Shown here piece by piece: positions 61,781 through 64,000 of a DNA stretch of 64,000 bases. Every line of letters starts with the position of its first letter. Within the stretch, counting starts at the first letter, position 1. The notes beneath the pieces are model-generated. The model was not told the origin of the DNA and ran no database searches. It saw only the letters and a program-made list of their open reading frames with translations. The DNA comes from Oikopleura dioica. Taxonomy: Eukaryota > Animalia > Chordata. The DNA is taken from NCBI GenBank assembly GCA_907165135.1, contig OU015567.1, positions 7,316,001-7,380,000 of the forward strand, read 5' to 3'. The position numbers were made by a program, and so were the translations under genes.

Positions 61781-63480
61781 ATAATAATCCAACCCAGCTC
61801 CGTTTCTGCAATTCAGTCTAAGATGGAGCAAAGCCGACCCGAAGGGGAGGCTAACTCCATTCATGCATTCACGTCTGAGACGGGGCCAAGCCGACCTCAA
61901 GGGCAACCTAGCTCCGTTTATGCAATTCAGTCTGAGACGGGGCCAAAAAATATTGTTAAAATGAAATTTCAAGCTAACGCCCAGTTACCATAGTACGGAG
62001 GCTTACTTTTAACGCAAGATAATTAAGCCCGGTTTCTCGGATTCAGTAAGGAACAGGGCAAAGCCTATTTTAAGGGGAGAATAACCTCATCTGTTGAATT
62101 GAGTAAAGTAAGGCGCAAAACGACCCGAAGGGGAGGCCAGCCCCCTTTCTTGGATTCAGTTAGGTAGGGGGCCAAGTCGACTCGAAGGGGAGGCAAGCCT
62201 TATCTCTTGAATTAAGTCAGGTAAGGGCGAAGCCGACCCGAGAGATAAGCCAGCTCGTCTTAAATTCAGTCAGGTAAGGGACCAAGCCGACCTGTACCTA
62301 ACTGAATCCAAGAAACTGGGCTCGCCTCCCCTCCCGGTCGGCTTAGCCCCTTACCTAACTGAATCCAAGAAATGGGGCCAATAATCCGAAGTTATTAGCG
62401 CGCGCTTTGCGGGAATCGTGGGCAAACAAGCCAAAAAAAAATGTCTCAAAAGCGCAAACGCCCGCTGCGGAACTGATCCTAACGCCCAGTTGCGATAGTA
62501 CGGACTCCGGAGGCTTACTTACGGAGGCCAGCACCGTTTCTTGGATTCAATAAGGTTCGAGGCCAAGCCGACTCGAAGGAAAGGCCAGCCTTATCTCTTG
62601 AGTTCGGTTAAGCAAGGCGCAATAACGACCGGAAGGAGAGGCAAGCCCCGTCTCTTGAATTCAGTCGAGTAAGGGGCGGAGCCGACCCGAAGGATAAGGA
62701 AGCCCCGTCTCTTACATTCAGTCAGGTAAGGGGCGAAGCCGACCCGAAGGGGAGGCCAGCCCCGTCGTTCAAATTCAGTCAGGTAAGGGACAAACAACCC
62801 GTACCTAAATAAGTCCAAGAAACGGGGCTGGCCTCCCATTCGGGTCGGCTTGGCCCCTTACCTAACTGAATCCAAGAAAAGGCTGGCCTTCCCTCCGGGT
62901 CGGCTTGGCCCCTTACCTTACTGAATCCAAGGAACGGGGCTGGCCTTCCCTCCGGGTCGGCTTGGCCCCTTACCTAACTGAATCCAAGAAACGGGGCTGG
63001 CCTTCCCTCCGGGTCGGCTTGGCCCCTTACCTTACTGAATCCAAGAAACGGGGCTGGCCTTCCCTCCGGGTCGGCTTGGCCCCGTACCTAACTGAATCCA
63101 AGAAACGGGGCTGGCCTTCCCTCCGGGTCGGCTTGGCCCCGTACCTAACTGAATCCAAGAAACGGGGCTGGCCTCCCTTCGGGTCGGCTTGGCCTCTTAC
63201 CTAACTGAATCCAAGGAACGGGGCTGGCCTCCCCTTCGGGTCGCCTTGGCGCCTTACCTAACTGAATCCAAGAAAAGGGGCTGGCCTTCCCTCCGGGTCG
63301 GCTTGGCCCCTTACCTAACTGAATCCAAGAAACGGGGCTGGCCTCCCCTTCGGGTCGGCTTAGCCCCTTACCTAACTGAATCCAAGAAACAGGGCTGGCC
63401 TCCCCTCCGGGTCGGCTTGGCCCCTTACCTGACTTAAATCAAGAGACGGGGCTTGCCTCCCCGTCGGGTCGTTTTGCGCC
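61780..63480. repeat. GC-rich 57-bp minisatellite arranged in inverted blocks
   Basis: Unit GGGCTGGCCTTCCCTCCGGGTCGGCTTGGCCCCTTACCTAACTGAATCCAAGAAACG, ~12 direct copies at about 62790-63470; reverse-complement copies at about 61780-62280 and 62520-62780. Confidence 0.9.
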
Positions 63481-64000
63481 TAAAATTTAGGAACGGTTCC
63501 TAAGAAAAAGTTTTCTCCGAGCCCCCAAGTAAGGCTATTTATATATTTTTTTTTAATATTAGTCTTCAATCAGTTGGTCTTCTAGTAAGGGGGTCCTCCG
63601 GGGGGTCCTCCGGCAGGGAGTGGCCGAAATTGGTCGAATGTGGCAGTATGTGGCCATCCAAAGCTATTTATGTTTTTTTCTATTATTGGTCCTCCAGCAG
63701 TTTGTCTTCCAGTAAGGGGTCCTCCGGAAGGTCCTCCGGCAATAAGTGGCCAAACTTGACCGAAGTCGGCAATCACTTGCCAATGAAGGCTTGATATTTT
63801 GCGTAGCCAAAATTTCGATATTTAGAAACGTCCACGATTCAAGTTTTTGGTGACAAAATCGCGATTTTCAAAAAATTCTAAAAAAATTTCCCCAACTCGC
63901 ACAGACAAATGGTTGAAACCATTCGAATCGTCTCGTTCTCCTCTTTCTAATGAGGTATAATTCGTAATTGAAACACGAGATCAATTTTTTTTTTGGCCGA

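Noticed and set aside
62591-63437. ORFs with APYLTESKKRGWPSLRVGL repeats
   Set aside because: Translation of the 57-bp minisatellite; no evidence of a real protein.
61090-63480. Regularly spaced repeats as a possible CRISPR array
   Set aside because: Units are contiguous tandem copies without unique spacers, the context is eukaryotic, and there are no cas genes.

Overview
Eukaryotic, gene-dense, AT-rich DNA with very short introns (many about 35-60 nt), probable GA-AG/GG-AG introns and closely packed co-oriented genes. This organisation fits the larvacean tunicate Oikopleura (inference; no database search run). Recognisable genes: a ZP-domain membrane protein, lineage-specific Cys-rich/kelch-like proteins, an ankyrin protein, NCKIPSD, an astacin-EGF-VWA-EGF protease, a 57-aa secreted cationic peptide, rapsyn and a PLA2-like protein. 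From about 34 kb onward nearly everything is on the minus strand: GPAA1 (3' half), CTDNEP1, DROSHA, GRIP, HORMAD, a tyrosylprotein sulfotransferase, UQCRC1-like and EXOC5, with FAM183/CFAP144 nested antisense in EXOC5 intron 2. Main observation 1: several young non-autonomous DNA transposons (intact TIRs, perfect 8-9 bp TSDs) sit inside conserved coding exons, two in EXOC5, one in DROSHA and one in a kelch-like gene. One EXOC5 insertion can be removed exactly as a GT-AG intron (GT from the TSD, AG from the TIR), so these look like transposon-born (introner-like) introns. Main observation 2: DROSHA appears to be joined in frame to an N-terminal CCAR1/DBC1-type S1-like domain. Gene models were read by eye, so exon boundaries are approximate unless stated.
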